37,131 bases of DNA from Octopus bimaculoides (taxonomy: Eukaryota), in the NCBI RefSeq assembly GCF_001194135.2, contig NC_069001.1, positions 29,675,223-29,712,353 of the forward strand. Direction: 5' to 3'. The translations under genes and the position numbers were made by a program. The notes below the pieces were generated by a model. The model had not been told where the DNA came from. It did no database searches and saw only the letters and a program-made list of their open reading frames with translations. Shown here piece after piece: positions 12,223 to 24,071 of the stretch. Position 1 is the first letter of the stretch, and every line of letters begins with the position of its first letter.

Positions 12223-12274
12223 TCATCATTGTCAGCGGCCTTGTAATATTCCCATCCATCTTTCGTGTAGAGTT
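12223..12274 (-). CDS. Candidate exon, 52 nt (Q-LYTKDGWEYYKAADND)
   Basis: Acceptor aaattttgcag, donor GA|gtaaaa; a phase-1 start matches the phase-1 end of exon 13421-13578. Confidence 0.55.
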
Positions 12275-13038
12275 CTGCAAAATTTCATCGAATACTATAA
12301 AACACATTTGAGACTGCAGTGTACACGTATATATAAAGTTGGTAGTGGATATTTTGAAAACAAGAAAACTTCATTTCTATGCTACATTTTAAGTCTCAGA
12401 TGAATTATTGTTTAGAAGCCAAACAAAACAATATAGGAGAATTTAAGCGAAATAACATGACAGAAAAACGTTAACAATATTATGATCAATACTACAAAAA
12501 CAACAGTTAAAGGCAGATAGTACTTGATATTTATTACAAGGTTTTGCAGACATCGTAGCGGTCACGCTGTTTAGTAACGGATACTGGTTTGTAGGATTGC
12601 CTAGAAATACATGAATATATACATACATACAAGCATATATAAATATTTATATACATACACACACAGACATACACACACACACATATATATATATATAAAC
12701 TTTTATATACTTATATATATATACACACACGCACACATATATATATACATATATATATATATAGGTATATATATGTATATATATAAATATAGGTATGTAT
12801 ATATATATATGTATATATAGATAAGTATGTATATAGGTAGGTATATAAACATACAGATGTGCACATGCACGCACAAGCCTAAATATGCACTGACAACAAT
12901 GTATAAATGCATGTATATGTACATGTACCGTGGGTATACATACGCATGCGTGTGTGAAGACTTGTGAAAATTTGCGAATGAGTGTGCCTATACGCGTAAA
13001 CTTTTTTATACACAGATATTATATTCGTGCATATATAA

Positions 13039-13085
<47 letters not shown>

Positions 13086-13141
13086 ATACATACATACACA
13101 CAAATATATTTATATATTCATGCTTACATATATATACATAC

Positions 13142-13200
<59 letters not shown>

Positions 13201-13420
13201 TATATGTGTGTGTATGTACTATTATTTTGTGTACGAACATGTAAATCTCTATATACTTCTACATCACGGATATTTGTATACGTGTGTAGCTTTGGGTAGG
13301 AGTACGACATGTATATTTGTGTATGTGTGTGTGTTTCAGTGTTTAGGGCACTCTCAGACATTCCATGCATATACAAACAAACAAAAAAAAAACAACGCTT
13401 TGTCTTGTTCAACGTCTTAC

Positions 13421-13578
13421 GGTGACTATATTTGTCAGTTGAAAGAGTCGGACAAACCACAACTAACTGTTTGCGAGCAACACAGCAGATCATAAGGCGC
13501 TTGCATAGCCCCTGGCGTCCACAGCCATTAATCATATCAAATGCATCGTTATGATATACATCAATAGGATCTGATTTA
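13421..13578 (-). CDS. Candidate exon, 158 nt (KSDPIDVYHNDAFDMINGCGRQGLCKRLMICCVARKQLVVVCPTLSTDKYSH)
   Basis: Acceptor ttctttcatgtacag, donor CC|gtaaga; only the phase-2 frame is open; locally elevated GC; overlaps ORF 13110-13586(-). Confidence 0.65.
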
Positions 13579-13786
13579 CTGTACATGAAAGAATATTTTG
13601 GCGTGTGGCTTTAGATCGAATTCAAAACATTTTACAGTGCGTTTCTTTAGTTTTGTCACGGTGTGGCGACTACATGAGTTTACCGTCGTCTCCTTTTTAT
13701 CGAAAATCACTGCATAAATGATATATACCTAAACATATAAAAATGTACATAATTGGTTACATGTACACATACCTACACAGACACAC

Positions 13787-13827
<41 letters not shown>

Positions 13828-14162
13828 NNNNNNNNNNNNNNNNNNNNNNNNNNNNNNNNNNNNNNNNNNNNNNNNNNNNNNNNNNNNNNNNNNNNNNNNN
13901 NNNNNNNNNNNNNNNNNNNNNNNNNNNNNNNNNNNNNNNNNNNNNNNNNNNNNNNNNNNNNNNNNNNNNNNNNNNNNNNNNNNNNNNNNNNNNNNNNNNN
14001 NNNNNNNNNNNNNNNNNNNNNNNNNNNNNNNNNNNNNNNNNNNNNNNNNNNNNNNNNNNNNNNNNNNNNNNNNNNNNNNNNNNNNNNNNNNNNNNNNNNN
14101 NNNNNNNNNNNNNNNNNNNNNNNNNNNNNNNNNNNNNNNNNNNNNNNNNNNNNNNNNNNNNN

Positions 14163-14193
<31 letters not shown>

Positions 14194-14518
14194 GCACACA
14201 TATGTATATACATAGCGTTTGTGATTGCGGGTGTGTTTATGTATGTGTGTGTAAGTGTATGCTGAAATTCGTAAACCGGCGTGAGTAGCGCGGTTTTATC
14301 GATCGATATCTCCTTCATAAGAACAGTGAAAATGACAAAAAAAACCCCCAAAAAACACAGTGCTGTCTTTTGGAATTTCATAATTTTATATACGTCATTA
14401 TAAGGGTTGTGCAAAGATGAAGAGTAGCCGAGTAATAATCTCTATTATTTGTGAGTGAAAGATGTTAGTGCGTACATAGTCATTCGGTGTTTTCATTGCC
14501 TTGCATAGCATCTCTTAC

Positions 14519-14552
14519 CAACGGCATTTAATCACACTCGCATTATCGTATT
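14519..14552 (-). CDS. Candidate micro-exon, 34 nt (E-YDNASVIKCR-C)
   Basis: Acceptor tttccttctgtatttcacacag, donor TTG|gtaaga; only phase 1->2 is open, which matches both neighbours. Confidence 0.55.
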
Positions 14553-15084
14553 CTGTGTGAAATACAGAAGGAAACAGCTTGCATTTTTCTGTATCTATGC
14601 TCTAGTATACAAATTGCTTGGTATAGAGAACATATTACGTGTGAGGAATGATAATAAATCTAACACGGTTAACCAGGTGAGTGATGGCATATCACTGTGT
14701 TCAGAAGTTAGCGAAGTTTCCTTACTAAACACAAGGTTTAGTGTCAGAGCGTGGCACTTTAGACAAATGACTTCTAATACAGTCCCTGGTCGGCCAAATT
14801 TGTAAATGAATTTGGTACACGACTACTGAAAGGAGTCCGTCGCTATAAATATATATAAAAATATCGTTATGATAAACATGATATATATATATATATATAT
14901 ATTTGTGTGGCGGTGTGGGGGTGGGTTGCTGTATGTACATATTTGTGTGTATGTCTCTTGTATTTTAGTTTGTTCCACACCAACGCTCGACTACCGGAGT
15001 TGGTTTGTTTATATCCCTGTTAATTGGCGGCTCGGCTACAAACGCCGATAGAAAAAATATATTTTGATCCATCTTTTTTCCACT

Positions 15085-15140
15085 GAATCCATCCTAGCGG
15101 TGCCCATAATGCCTGCATTCCAATGACTGAAATATGTAAG
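15085..15140 (+). mobile_element. Degraded SINE tail fragment
   Basis: cggtgcccataatgcctgcattccaatgactgaaatatgtaag resembles the recurrent SINE tail. Confidence 0.45.
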
Positions 15141-15254
15141 TATAGAGAGTTAGGACGAATTTCCGAAGAACTACTTAGGTATCGTATATTCAGATCATAA
15201 TAGAATTGAAATATGATACTTATTTCCTACGATACACCCGGATTAAAAAGGCAC

Positions 15255-15365
15255 GCATTTAGGGTGCTGCACTCACGATCTCCAAAGCATGGCATCGATC
15301 CCCTGACCGGGTAGCATGTTTTGCTGATTCATGCCCCGATTCTCTTGATTTGTTGGGACCAGTAT
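15255..15365 (+). mobile_element. Degraded tRNA-like SINE head
   Basis: tttagggtgctgcactcacgatc...tcgatcccctgaccggg resembles the heads at 5234 and 11473; runs into an N-gap. Confidence 0.45.
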
Positions 15366-16676
15366 ACAAAAAANNNNNNNNNNNNNNNNNNNNNNNNNNN
15401 NNNNNNNNNNNNNNNNNNNNNNNNNNNNNNNNNNNNNNNNNNNNNNNNNNNNNNNNNNNNNNNNNNNNNNNNNNNNNNNNNNNNNNNNNNNNNNNNNNNN
15501 NNNNNNNNNNNNNNNNNNNNNNNNNNNNNNNNNNNNNNNNNNNNNNNNNNNNNNNNNNNNNNNNNNNNNNNNNNNNNNNNNNNNNNNNNNNNNNNNNNNN
15601 NNNNNNNNNNNNNNNNNNNNNNNNNNNNNNNNNNNNNNNNNNNNNNNNNNNNNNNNNNNNNNNNNNNNNNNNNNNNNNNNNNNNNNNNNNNNNNNNNNNN
15701 NNNNNNNNNNNNNNNNNNNNNNNNNNNNNNNNNNNNNNNNNNNNNNNNNNNNNNNNNNATATATACATATGCACATATATATACGTATATATACAATGTG
15801 AATGTATATATGTATATGTAGGTGTATTTGTGGGTGCGCGGGCGCATGTGTGTAAACTTATATATGTGTCTATGTGAGTATGTATAGGTAGGTTTGGATG
15901 ATTCATTTTCTGTCCCCATTACAGAGAGATTTTGTCTCTGAAGAAACTGCCGTGTAGAAAACTTGGAAATTGCTATCCTAGAAGTATATAAACGCTGAAT
16001 TCTTGGAATCTTACGTTTCGAGAAATATTTATAAATTTCCGCGCCGGCAATGAAAATGTGGATAAGATGCCGATGTTGGTGTTGAGGACAACGTTGACGA
16101 CGACGGCGACATGGACGACCATAACAACGATGGTAATGGTGATAATGATGACAGCACGAATGATGAATAAGGAAGACGAACGCATTATTGATTCTCACAG
16201 ATTCACGACAAGTAACAAATTCACCGACGACTCGACTGAAAGAATCAATAACAACACTATATACACAACGAAAATACGCGAAAATAACAAAGGAAATAAC
16301 AACCAAAGACCAAAAATAAAAAGAGCAAGAATAAAGCAGAATTTGTATTTAAGAAACAAAAAAATTGACAAATAAAATAAAACAGAAAACAAATAGCGGT
16401 GCATATTAGTGTCATACATGTGATAGCTGCTTAAGCATAATACTACGTATTATATTGAATAAAGAAAAAAAAACTAGAAGAATTCAAAGAATGCAAACAA
16501 GTTAAAACTGTAGAGATCATTACACAAAGTTTTGTAATGAGGAATGGAATATATTTGCACTAACTTAATCTGCTTAATAAAGATTAGATATGATCTGTCA
16601 AAATCATAACAGAATTGAAGTGCAAAAAACTTAACTATATATGCATAAAATATATATTTATGTGTGTATATATATG

Positions 16677-16707
<31 letters not shown>

Positions 16708-16756
16708 ATGTATGTATATTTACATATATATATATATTCTTTTATTATGTTGTTCA

Positions 16757-17085
16757 TTTACTTGTTCCGGTCATTTGACTGCGGCCATGATGGAGCACCG
16801 TCTTTAGTCAAACAAATCAACCCCAGGACTTTGAATGCCTAATACCTAGTCCGTCGGTCTCTATTGCTAAACTACTAAGATATGGGACCTAAACACACTA
16901 ACATCGCTTTATCAAGCGCTGGTGGGGTGAGGACAGACACAGACACAAACCTACGTATTTATCTATCTATCTATCTATCTATTTATATGCGACGGACTGC
17001 TTTCAGTTTGCGCCTAGCCAATCCACTCACAAGACTCGAGGCTATAGTAGAGGACACTTGCCCAAGGTTCCACGCTGTGAGACAG
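16757..17085 (-). mobile_element. SINE, near full length, lacking the tRNA head
   Basis: Tail as at 3932 and 27198, internal (TATC)n, and a CORE-like segment ccttgggcaagtgtcctctactatagcctcg on the minus strand. Confidence 0.85.
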
Positions 17086-18411
17086 TAATCGGTAGCAGAA
17101 ATTGGTATATCTTTAACTTGTTATTTTAATATTACAAATAGCCATACACCATAAATAGTTGCTCAAAACTTTAAATGATCGAAATGTTTTTTTTTTTCTG
17201 CAGCACAACGCATGTGACGTTACGTATGAAACCTAATATATTCTGACGTATTCATCCTCCAGTCCATGTCTCTCCAGAAGCTTGATTGAAAGCGAACTGA
17301 TTTCATTTACTCATGACTACTTTATTCTCTTAACTCGGAGTCACCCATCAGGTTAATTATAACAGGATTGCTTATACTAAGTGATGAAAACTGAATACAC
17401 CTCACAGCTGCAGCAGTACTCACCTGGATAATTTATATATATATATATATATATATAATAATTTTTTTCCAGAGGATGTGGCAACCGTTACCAATATAGC
17501 ATAAGAACTTACCTTAGGAGATCATTAATTAGATTCCTTAAGGTTCGTTCTCACAGTTTATATTTATATCATAAGATTTTTAAACTCTTAAATTTTCATA
17601 TTCAAAAGAGACAGAGACTTCAAATTCGATATATCGATTTATTCACCACTCTATGTTAACATTTCTATGCCAAACTTATCCAGTGACTGGTCCATTGGAT
17701 TTAGACGTTTGGCACTTCTTCAGGAGTGGTTACCTTTCGAACAAAACACGAAAAAACACATACATAACTATTATTAGGTCTTTAGGACATCGTTAGCTTT
17801 CGTGTTTGTTNNNNNNNNNNNNNNNNNNNNNNNNNNNNNNNNNNNNNNNNNNNNNNNNNNNNNNNNNNNNNNNNNNNNNNNNNNNNNNNNNNNNNNNNNN
17901 NNNNNNNNNNNNNNNNNNNNNNNNNNNNNNNNNNNNNNNNNNNNNNNNNNNNNNNNNNNNNNNNNNNNNNNNNNNNNNNNNNNNNNNNNNNNNNNNNNNN
18001 NNNNNNNNNNNNNNNNNNNNNNNNNNNNNNNNNNNNNNNNNNNNNNNNNNNNNNNNNNNNNNNNNNNNNNNNNNNNNNNNNNNNNNNNNNNNNNNNNNNN
18101 NNNNNNNNNNNNNNNNNNNNNNNNNNNNNNNNNNNNNNNNNNNNNNNNNNNNNNNNNNNNNNNNNNNNNNNNNNNNNNNNNNNNNNNNNNNNNNNNNNNN
18201 NNNNNNNNNNNNNNNNNNNNNNNNNNNNNNNNNNNNNNNNNNNNNNNNNNNNNNNNNNNNNNNNNNNNNNNNNNNNNNNNNNNNNNNNNNNNNNNNNNNN
18301 NNNNNNNNNNNNNNNNNNNNNNNNNNNNNNNNNNNNNNNNNNNNNNNNNNNNNNNNNNNNNNNNNNNNNNNNNNNNNNNNNNNNNNNNNNNNNNNNNNNN
18401 NNNNNNNNNNN

Positions 18412-18650
18412 ACAGGATAAGCTAACCCTATTTTGCAGAAGAAAGCGTAGGCGGCCAGCTATGAGACTCGAACTCACACCTCCGTGATTACGTGTCGCGG
18501 TGCTCTAGACCGATTAAGAGCACCACGACGCGTAATCACGGAGGTGTGAGTTCGAGTCACATAGCCGGCCGCCAACACTTTTTTCTGCAAAATAGGGGTA
18601 GGTTATCCTGTTCAGGCTATATTATTAGCATTATCCTGCGTTTGAGAATT

Positions 18651-18651
<1 letters not shown>
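18412..18651. mobile_element. Palindromic element with tRNA-like arms (95-bp arms, 10-nt loop)
   Basis: 18412-18506 is the reverse complement of 18517-18611 with few mismatches; B-box gttcgagtc at 18550-18558 and its mirror at 18465-18473; related sequence at 20601-20741; left end hidden by N-gap. Confidence 0.85.
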
Positions 18652-18692
<41 letters not shown>

Positions 18693-20471
18693 CAGGTGGG
18701 AACGTAAGTGCAAAACAAGGTGGAAAAGTAACAAAGGTAGAGTTATATGCTTTTACAAACGCTGCAAAATTATCCCAGATTTCTCACTCATATTTTTACC
18801 TTCCGTTTGACGGACAGGATTGTGAAACTTTGACTAACACTTATGTATATGGGGTATATGTGTCCGTTTGTGTGTGAGTGTGTGTGTGTGTGTGTGTGTG
18901 ATGTGTGTGTGGTGTGTGTGTGTGGTGCGTGGTGTGTGTGTGTGTGTGGTGTGTGTGTGTGTGTGGTGTGTGTGTGTGTGTGTGTGTGTGCGTAGTTAGC
19001 TGACAAGTGCACGATAGGTAACAAATATAGTATTTTATGTTCCTGTGGCCAAAATAGTTTGAACGTCTCTTGAGACAAGGCCATGCACTTTTCTTTACAA
19101 GTAAATTATATTCACGGTTACTCTATCCAGTATTTTCAATTACTTTCTAAAGATATTAGGGTAGAATTTGAAAATTATTTCCTTGGCAATATTAGTAGGT
19201 CGTGCGACCGCACTTGGTGGGATGCCAGGATAGCAAGAAACGTCTTAGGATGATTTTAATTTTATCTTCTCCAACTAAATCTACTGTGTCATTTTAATCA
19301 GGATTGACATGGTCAAAACTAAGTCCAAATATAGCAACAATACGTTACACTCAAACAACAAAGATATATTAATGAAATTACCAGTTAAATGCCTTCAGTT
19401 TAAAATCATTACCGTAATGATTTTGAATAATGGCATTAGTATATTTCCTACATTATTATACCATTATGCTTTAATTCCATGCTAGACTTATTAACCGTTG
19501 TTAGCAAAATGTTCCAACGCGATTCATCGGTCTAGTGAGCACGCTTCAGTTATGTCAATTCCTAAAACATTTGCTGTAATTAATTGCGTAACAAAACAGA
19601 CGTTTAAATATATTGGCAACGAATTATATTTTCATAGGAAATATTTGTGGACGTCAGCGTGGCAATGTATTAACCAATCTAGCAACCCATGAAGATATTT
19701 TCTAATATATTTGAGCCAAAAAGGTCTCTGAGTGTACAGCTAAAAACACGATGTTTCGATGGTCTAAGCCTGCCAAGTATTTTGGTCCTTTGATCAACAA
19801 AAGCATCGTACCGTTTCTCTTATTTTTGATTTCGCACGTACATGAACATATACATACATACATATATAGAAATACACAAATGTACGCACATACACATATA
19901 TTCATACACATAAATATTCGTATAAAGAATATAGATATATGCGAGTGTTTGTGTGTATGTATATGTGTGTGTCTGTGTATGTTTCTCTCTCTATATATAT
20001 ATATTTATACACACATATGTGTATATAGAATTTAGAAGAAAGCCAAAAGATACATCGTAAAACAATAAGTTGTTTACTTCTTGGCTTGTATTTATTGTTA
20101 CCTTGGTTATCTCCCATGTACTTTTATTATTTCCTTCTTCCTCGTGAGCGGTCTTTGTTCAAAACCGTCTGCTTTGAAAGGAACTTATAAACGAACTTCT
20201 CCTCGGCTTGAAAAATTGTGAAATCGATTTATATTTAAATTGGGTAAACCTGGTTTTTATTATAAAATTACCTTGACTCACTTAGTAGATCAAGTGCTGT
20301 TCTACTTGTTCGAGCATTTGACTCAAATGCTTATATTCAGCTGTTGTTATTTTTAAAATACTTAAGTTACCAAGAAATACAATTAGGAAAATATACGTGG
20401 ACCCGTTTATCCATTACAACTTATAAAAGAAAAAAAAAATTCCCGGAATGATTAGATACTACATCAAATAC

Positions 20472-20519
<48 letters not shown>

Positions 20520-20600
20520 TTAACTTGTAATGAACATAAAGAAAAAAGTTTGTTTTAGAAGCGTTGAGATGTATTGAAAGATACAGAAATATCTTTTTTT

Positions 20601-20741
20601 ATTCTCAAACGTCAAGTGCTTCGAAATCACAGGGATGTCAGTTCTAGTCTTATGGCTGGCCGGTAACGTATTTTTCTGCAAAGTATGGATAATTTATCCT
20701 GATCACGGTATTTATTACCATTATCACGCGTTTGAGAATTT
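20601..20741 (+). mobile_element. Diverged, shorter copy of the 18412 element with 11-bp terminal inverted repeats
   Basis: 20627-20741 aligns with 18537-18651 (ggctggccgg..ttttctgcaaa..ttatcctg..cgtttgagaattt); ends are attctcaaacg / cgtttgagaat. Confidence 0.7.
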
Positions 20742-20769
20742 AAAAAAAATCTGTAATGTATATATATAT

Positions 20770-21550
20770 AAGGTGCAGTGAATAACTTTCGTCAAATTAC
20801 GCAAAAATTAAAATAACACTGACATCTCATTTTAAGAAATATATTTACCAATATTACAAAAAATATCTTGAATTAATAAAGAGTAAATTTATTCAATAAA
20901 ATCGCCGTTGGCTTCAACTACGCCCTCCAGACAACTTCGGGATCTGCTGCAGCTCTTCTGTACAGTCTCCTTGTTTAAGCTGTAGAATGCTACTATAATC
21001 ATCGTCCTCAGTCCATCTTGAGTGTTACAAGCAGTTTAGTTGGTCCATCGCTCAGCTGCGTCCCACACATAATAATCAGTGGTGTTGAAAGCTGGGGAGT
21101 TAGATGGCCAGGTGTCTGATACCCATGGCTGGGTTCTTCTTGCGTGGAATCGCGTAGGAGTCCTCAGATATGGCAGGACTTCCTTCTCCAGGCACTTGAT
21201 GTCAGTCACCATGTTGATTCTGCGGCCGTGTGAGAGGATGAATGGAGGCATAACGTCGCCAACACTATTGATCACACCAGACACCATGATGTTGACTGGA
21301 TGTTTCATTTTTATCATTCTCGACACATGTCCTCATATTGCACTGTCCTCAGATTCATACGCAAACACGCTGAAATGTACGTGTAGGAGATTCTGGCACC
21401 AATGCCAAGCATTACAGTGTGTCACTTCCAAATTCTGGCGTAAAAATCTACACTTCCTTATTCCCCACATGTTTAATCTCTCTAAGTCTTCCCTTAATCT
21501 TCTCGTGTTTTATTTTGTCTCTTTTAAAAATTTTGAACAACTGCACTCTT
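20770..21550 (-). mobile_element. Internally deleted Tc1/mariner (maT/DD37D-like) transposon relic
   Basis: Minus-strand translation gives KHPVNIMVSGVI...VMPPFI...KCLE..VLP...WPSNSPAFNTTDYYVWDAAERWTN*TACNTQD...NKETVQKSCSRSRSCLEGVVEANGDFIE* (premature stop 21036-38, natural stop 20889-91) plus an N-terminal HTH-like piece IWK*HTVMLGI...NLRTVQ (~21340-21432). WP.NSP...DY..W is the mariner/maT catalytic motif. Outer boundaries are approximate. Confidence 0.85.
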
Positions 21551-21610
21551 GCCTTCCATTCACATTGGTCTTGGTCTTATGCCTCCCTCTACAACCGACA
21601 CTCCTACCGG

Positions 21611-21693
<83 letters not shown>

Positions 21694-22267
21694 GTATGTA
21701 AGTATTCATATATGTCTGTATATGAAATATATTTTATTACACCGAGAACTATCTGTTTATATATGTACAATATTTAAAGGGAAATGTGAATTAAAGAAAG
21801 CCTGAGAATATGCTTGGAAATTAACATTTACCTGTAAGTCTTATCTGCCGATATTACCTGAAGCCGTACATGTCACCAATATGCATGAGATGAATTTAAA
21901 TGGTACATTTAAAAGCGTAAAAAATCCCGATAATTCCGAAAAATCTACAGTTACGTACACAAAATAAACCTTCACGTATGAACTTAAATATGCACGAACA
22001 CACACATGTATTATCATATACATATATAACTCCATGCATACATACAGGCACGCATACATAGATACATACATACATACATATATACAGACATGCATACACA
22101 CGTACATATATACATACATGTGACTATGCATATATGTGTGTGGAAGGAGAATCTGTACGTGAGCCATTTTTACCAACTACTTCCAACACTCATTTTTATG
22201 GCGCTATTTTATTTCATTTCATTGTAAATAAACGCAGATCTATTTTCTCATCACATATTATTCTCAC

Positions 22268-22330
22268 CGCATCCTCTTGTCCAGCAATGATGAGTCATCT
22301 CAAAATATTTGGCATTACACATTTTCTCCT
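22268..22330 (-). CDS. Candidate exon, 63 nt (EKMCNAKYFEMTHHCWTRGC)
   Basis: Acceptor ttttctttcttttggttccatgtatag, donor GCG|gtgaga; only phase 1->1 is open, matching exon 14519-14552. Confidence 0.6.
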
Positions 22331-23576
22331 CTATACATGGAACCAAAAGAAAGAAAACTACAGAATTTGTTATTCAACGTTGCATTCACTCATTTTCTTC
22401 ACCATAATCATTTTAATTCAGTTTTGCATATTTTTTTCACTTCTTCCTTTCATAGACTTCAAATTAGTATTTCTCTTTCATCAGTCCACAGAACGTTGGT
22501 CTGTTGTCATTTGCAACGCCAATGTTACGCGTTTAAATCCTATTAGTTCTATATTTAAGCCCATAATATACATCCTTTGCCTCAAGCACTCTATTTGGCA
22601 ATATTCCTCTCACATATGTTATATATGGTTGTATCGCTTTCCTTCGCGTACCCGTTCTTCTTGTTTGTGCCGTAACAAACCAAAGTTAAGCCGTGTGCTT
22701 AGATGAAAAGTATCCGCAGTCATGCAGCCCAAACTTTAAAAAAAAACCGAGTCAAGTAGCTAATTTTCTTTATTCAAATATGATTATGCATTTCATCACG
22801 ACGTGTATTCTTTATTGAGAAATGGCTTGGTGTCATGGTGTTCCCTTCAAGTCCACGGGTATCTGACAACCACTTGCGTCATGCAGCTGTCTCGGGTGTT
22901 TCCCTTATCGTTTGTATTTGTTTTCGCCTTTTTTTTTCTCAACCTTCTCATAAAATAGGTATGTGCAACCTTGTGACGATCCTCCTGACATTGTACCCGC
23001 TACTTCAACTTTAGTTTATCAGCAAATCTACCCTGAGCACGGTTATGCCCTAAGAGTGTCTAGTATAATATGTATATAATGATTATAATTTTCAAGGACA
23101 AAACGCTTAACATTTCAACCAATTGAAAATGTCAAAATAAGACCATCGCTTCAAAATATTCAAGAAAGGAATCATATCTAACATGTCTTTGAGGGATAAT
23201 TACCACTTAAGTTATTCGTTTTCTACAACACGCTCCATCATAATTCCCATTGTTCAGTGTTATCCCATGTCATCCATGCTATTAGGTCCTTATGTCTGCT
23301 GCCTTGTGTTTACACTGCTCCTTTTTGTGGGAGATAAACTTAATTACATTAGCCATGTGTTTTATACTAGGATCCGCTCTGTTGCACATGTTCCCGGTTA
23401 GGTCTCCATATTGAAGATATCTTCCGAACACCTTCCCACTATTCTGTGAGTCTTTGTATGTCCTTGTCACTATTCTATTCGTACGTGAATAGATATTGAA
23501 TGACCAAAACATAATACGTATTTCTTCAGTTATCTTATTAAGGGTGTCTGAAATACTTCAGTTTACTTACACTTAC

Positions 23577-23700
23577 AAGTGTTTTCGTCAGTATGTTCTT
23601 TGTTCCGTACACACGAAAGAATTCACTGAAACACGTAGCTTTCATGCGAATTCTCCTTTTTACTTCAATAATGTCCTTCTCCTGCACCTTCAACAGCAGC
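23577..23700 (-). CDS. Candidate exon, 124 nt (LLLKVQEKDIIEVKRRIRMKATCFSEFFRVYGTKNILTKTL)
   Basis: Acceptor ctctttccaatgatcag, donor CTT|gtaagt; phase 2->0. No clean phase-0->1 link to exon 22268-22330 was found. Confidence 0.35.
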
Positions 23701-24033
23701 CTGATCATTGGAAAGAGCTATATAACAAAACTCTTGAAAATATATGGTGGATTGATGTTAATAAAGTTATAATTGTAAGAATATTGTAACAGACATTTGT
23801 ATTACTTTCTTCCTACACTTAGTGTTGGCTGATATTCTTCGGCAAAGCCCGCGCTGATAAAACCATGAAATAATTGCTGTTGCCAAACAAATTTTAAATT
23901 AGTGATATACTGAATGAGTGTAAAAGGAATTATGTAGATGCAAGAATAGTTGCAGGGTCACTAATTACGCCTTGCCATAATTATGTGTTGGGTATGAATG
24001 CACGTTTAGTAATCTTATGAAAATATCCCTTAC

Positions 24034-24071
24034 TCTAATCTCGGGGCGACCTCAAATAAGTGAGAGAAATT
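24034..24071 (-). CDS. Candidate micro-exon, 38 nt (NFSHLFEVAPRL-E)
   Basis: Acceptor cttctccatttcattctacag, donor GA|gtaagg; only phase 0->2 is open, which fits 23577-23700. Confidence 0.4.

Noticed and set aside
16058-16375. 105-aa plus-strand ORF
   Set aside because: Derived from a decayed (GAT/GAC)n tract and A-rich sequence; no domain signal.
17420-17520. Two strong minus-strand donor motifs (CAG|gtgagt, AAG|gtaagt)
   Set aside because: No convincing upstream acceptor and open frame for either.
18441-18521. Functional tRNA-Thr(CGT) gene
   Set aside because: The 5' acceptor strand is missing, the anticodon stem is mismatched and position 33 is not U; reported as a tRNA-derived element instead.
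22959-23060. Plus-strand YVQPCDDPPDIVPAT... resembling a Sushi/CCP domain start
   Set aside because: The remaining Cys/Trp of the domain are missing, there is no strong donor and no partner exons were found.
23282-23512. Minus-strand ORF IVTRTYKDSQNSGKVFGRYLQYGDLTGNMCNRADP...
   Set aside because: It looks coding-like and could link exons 23577-23700 and 22268-22330, but only through weak, non-preferred donors; not supportable without transcripts.
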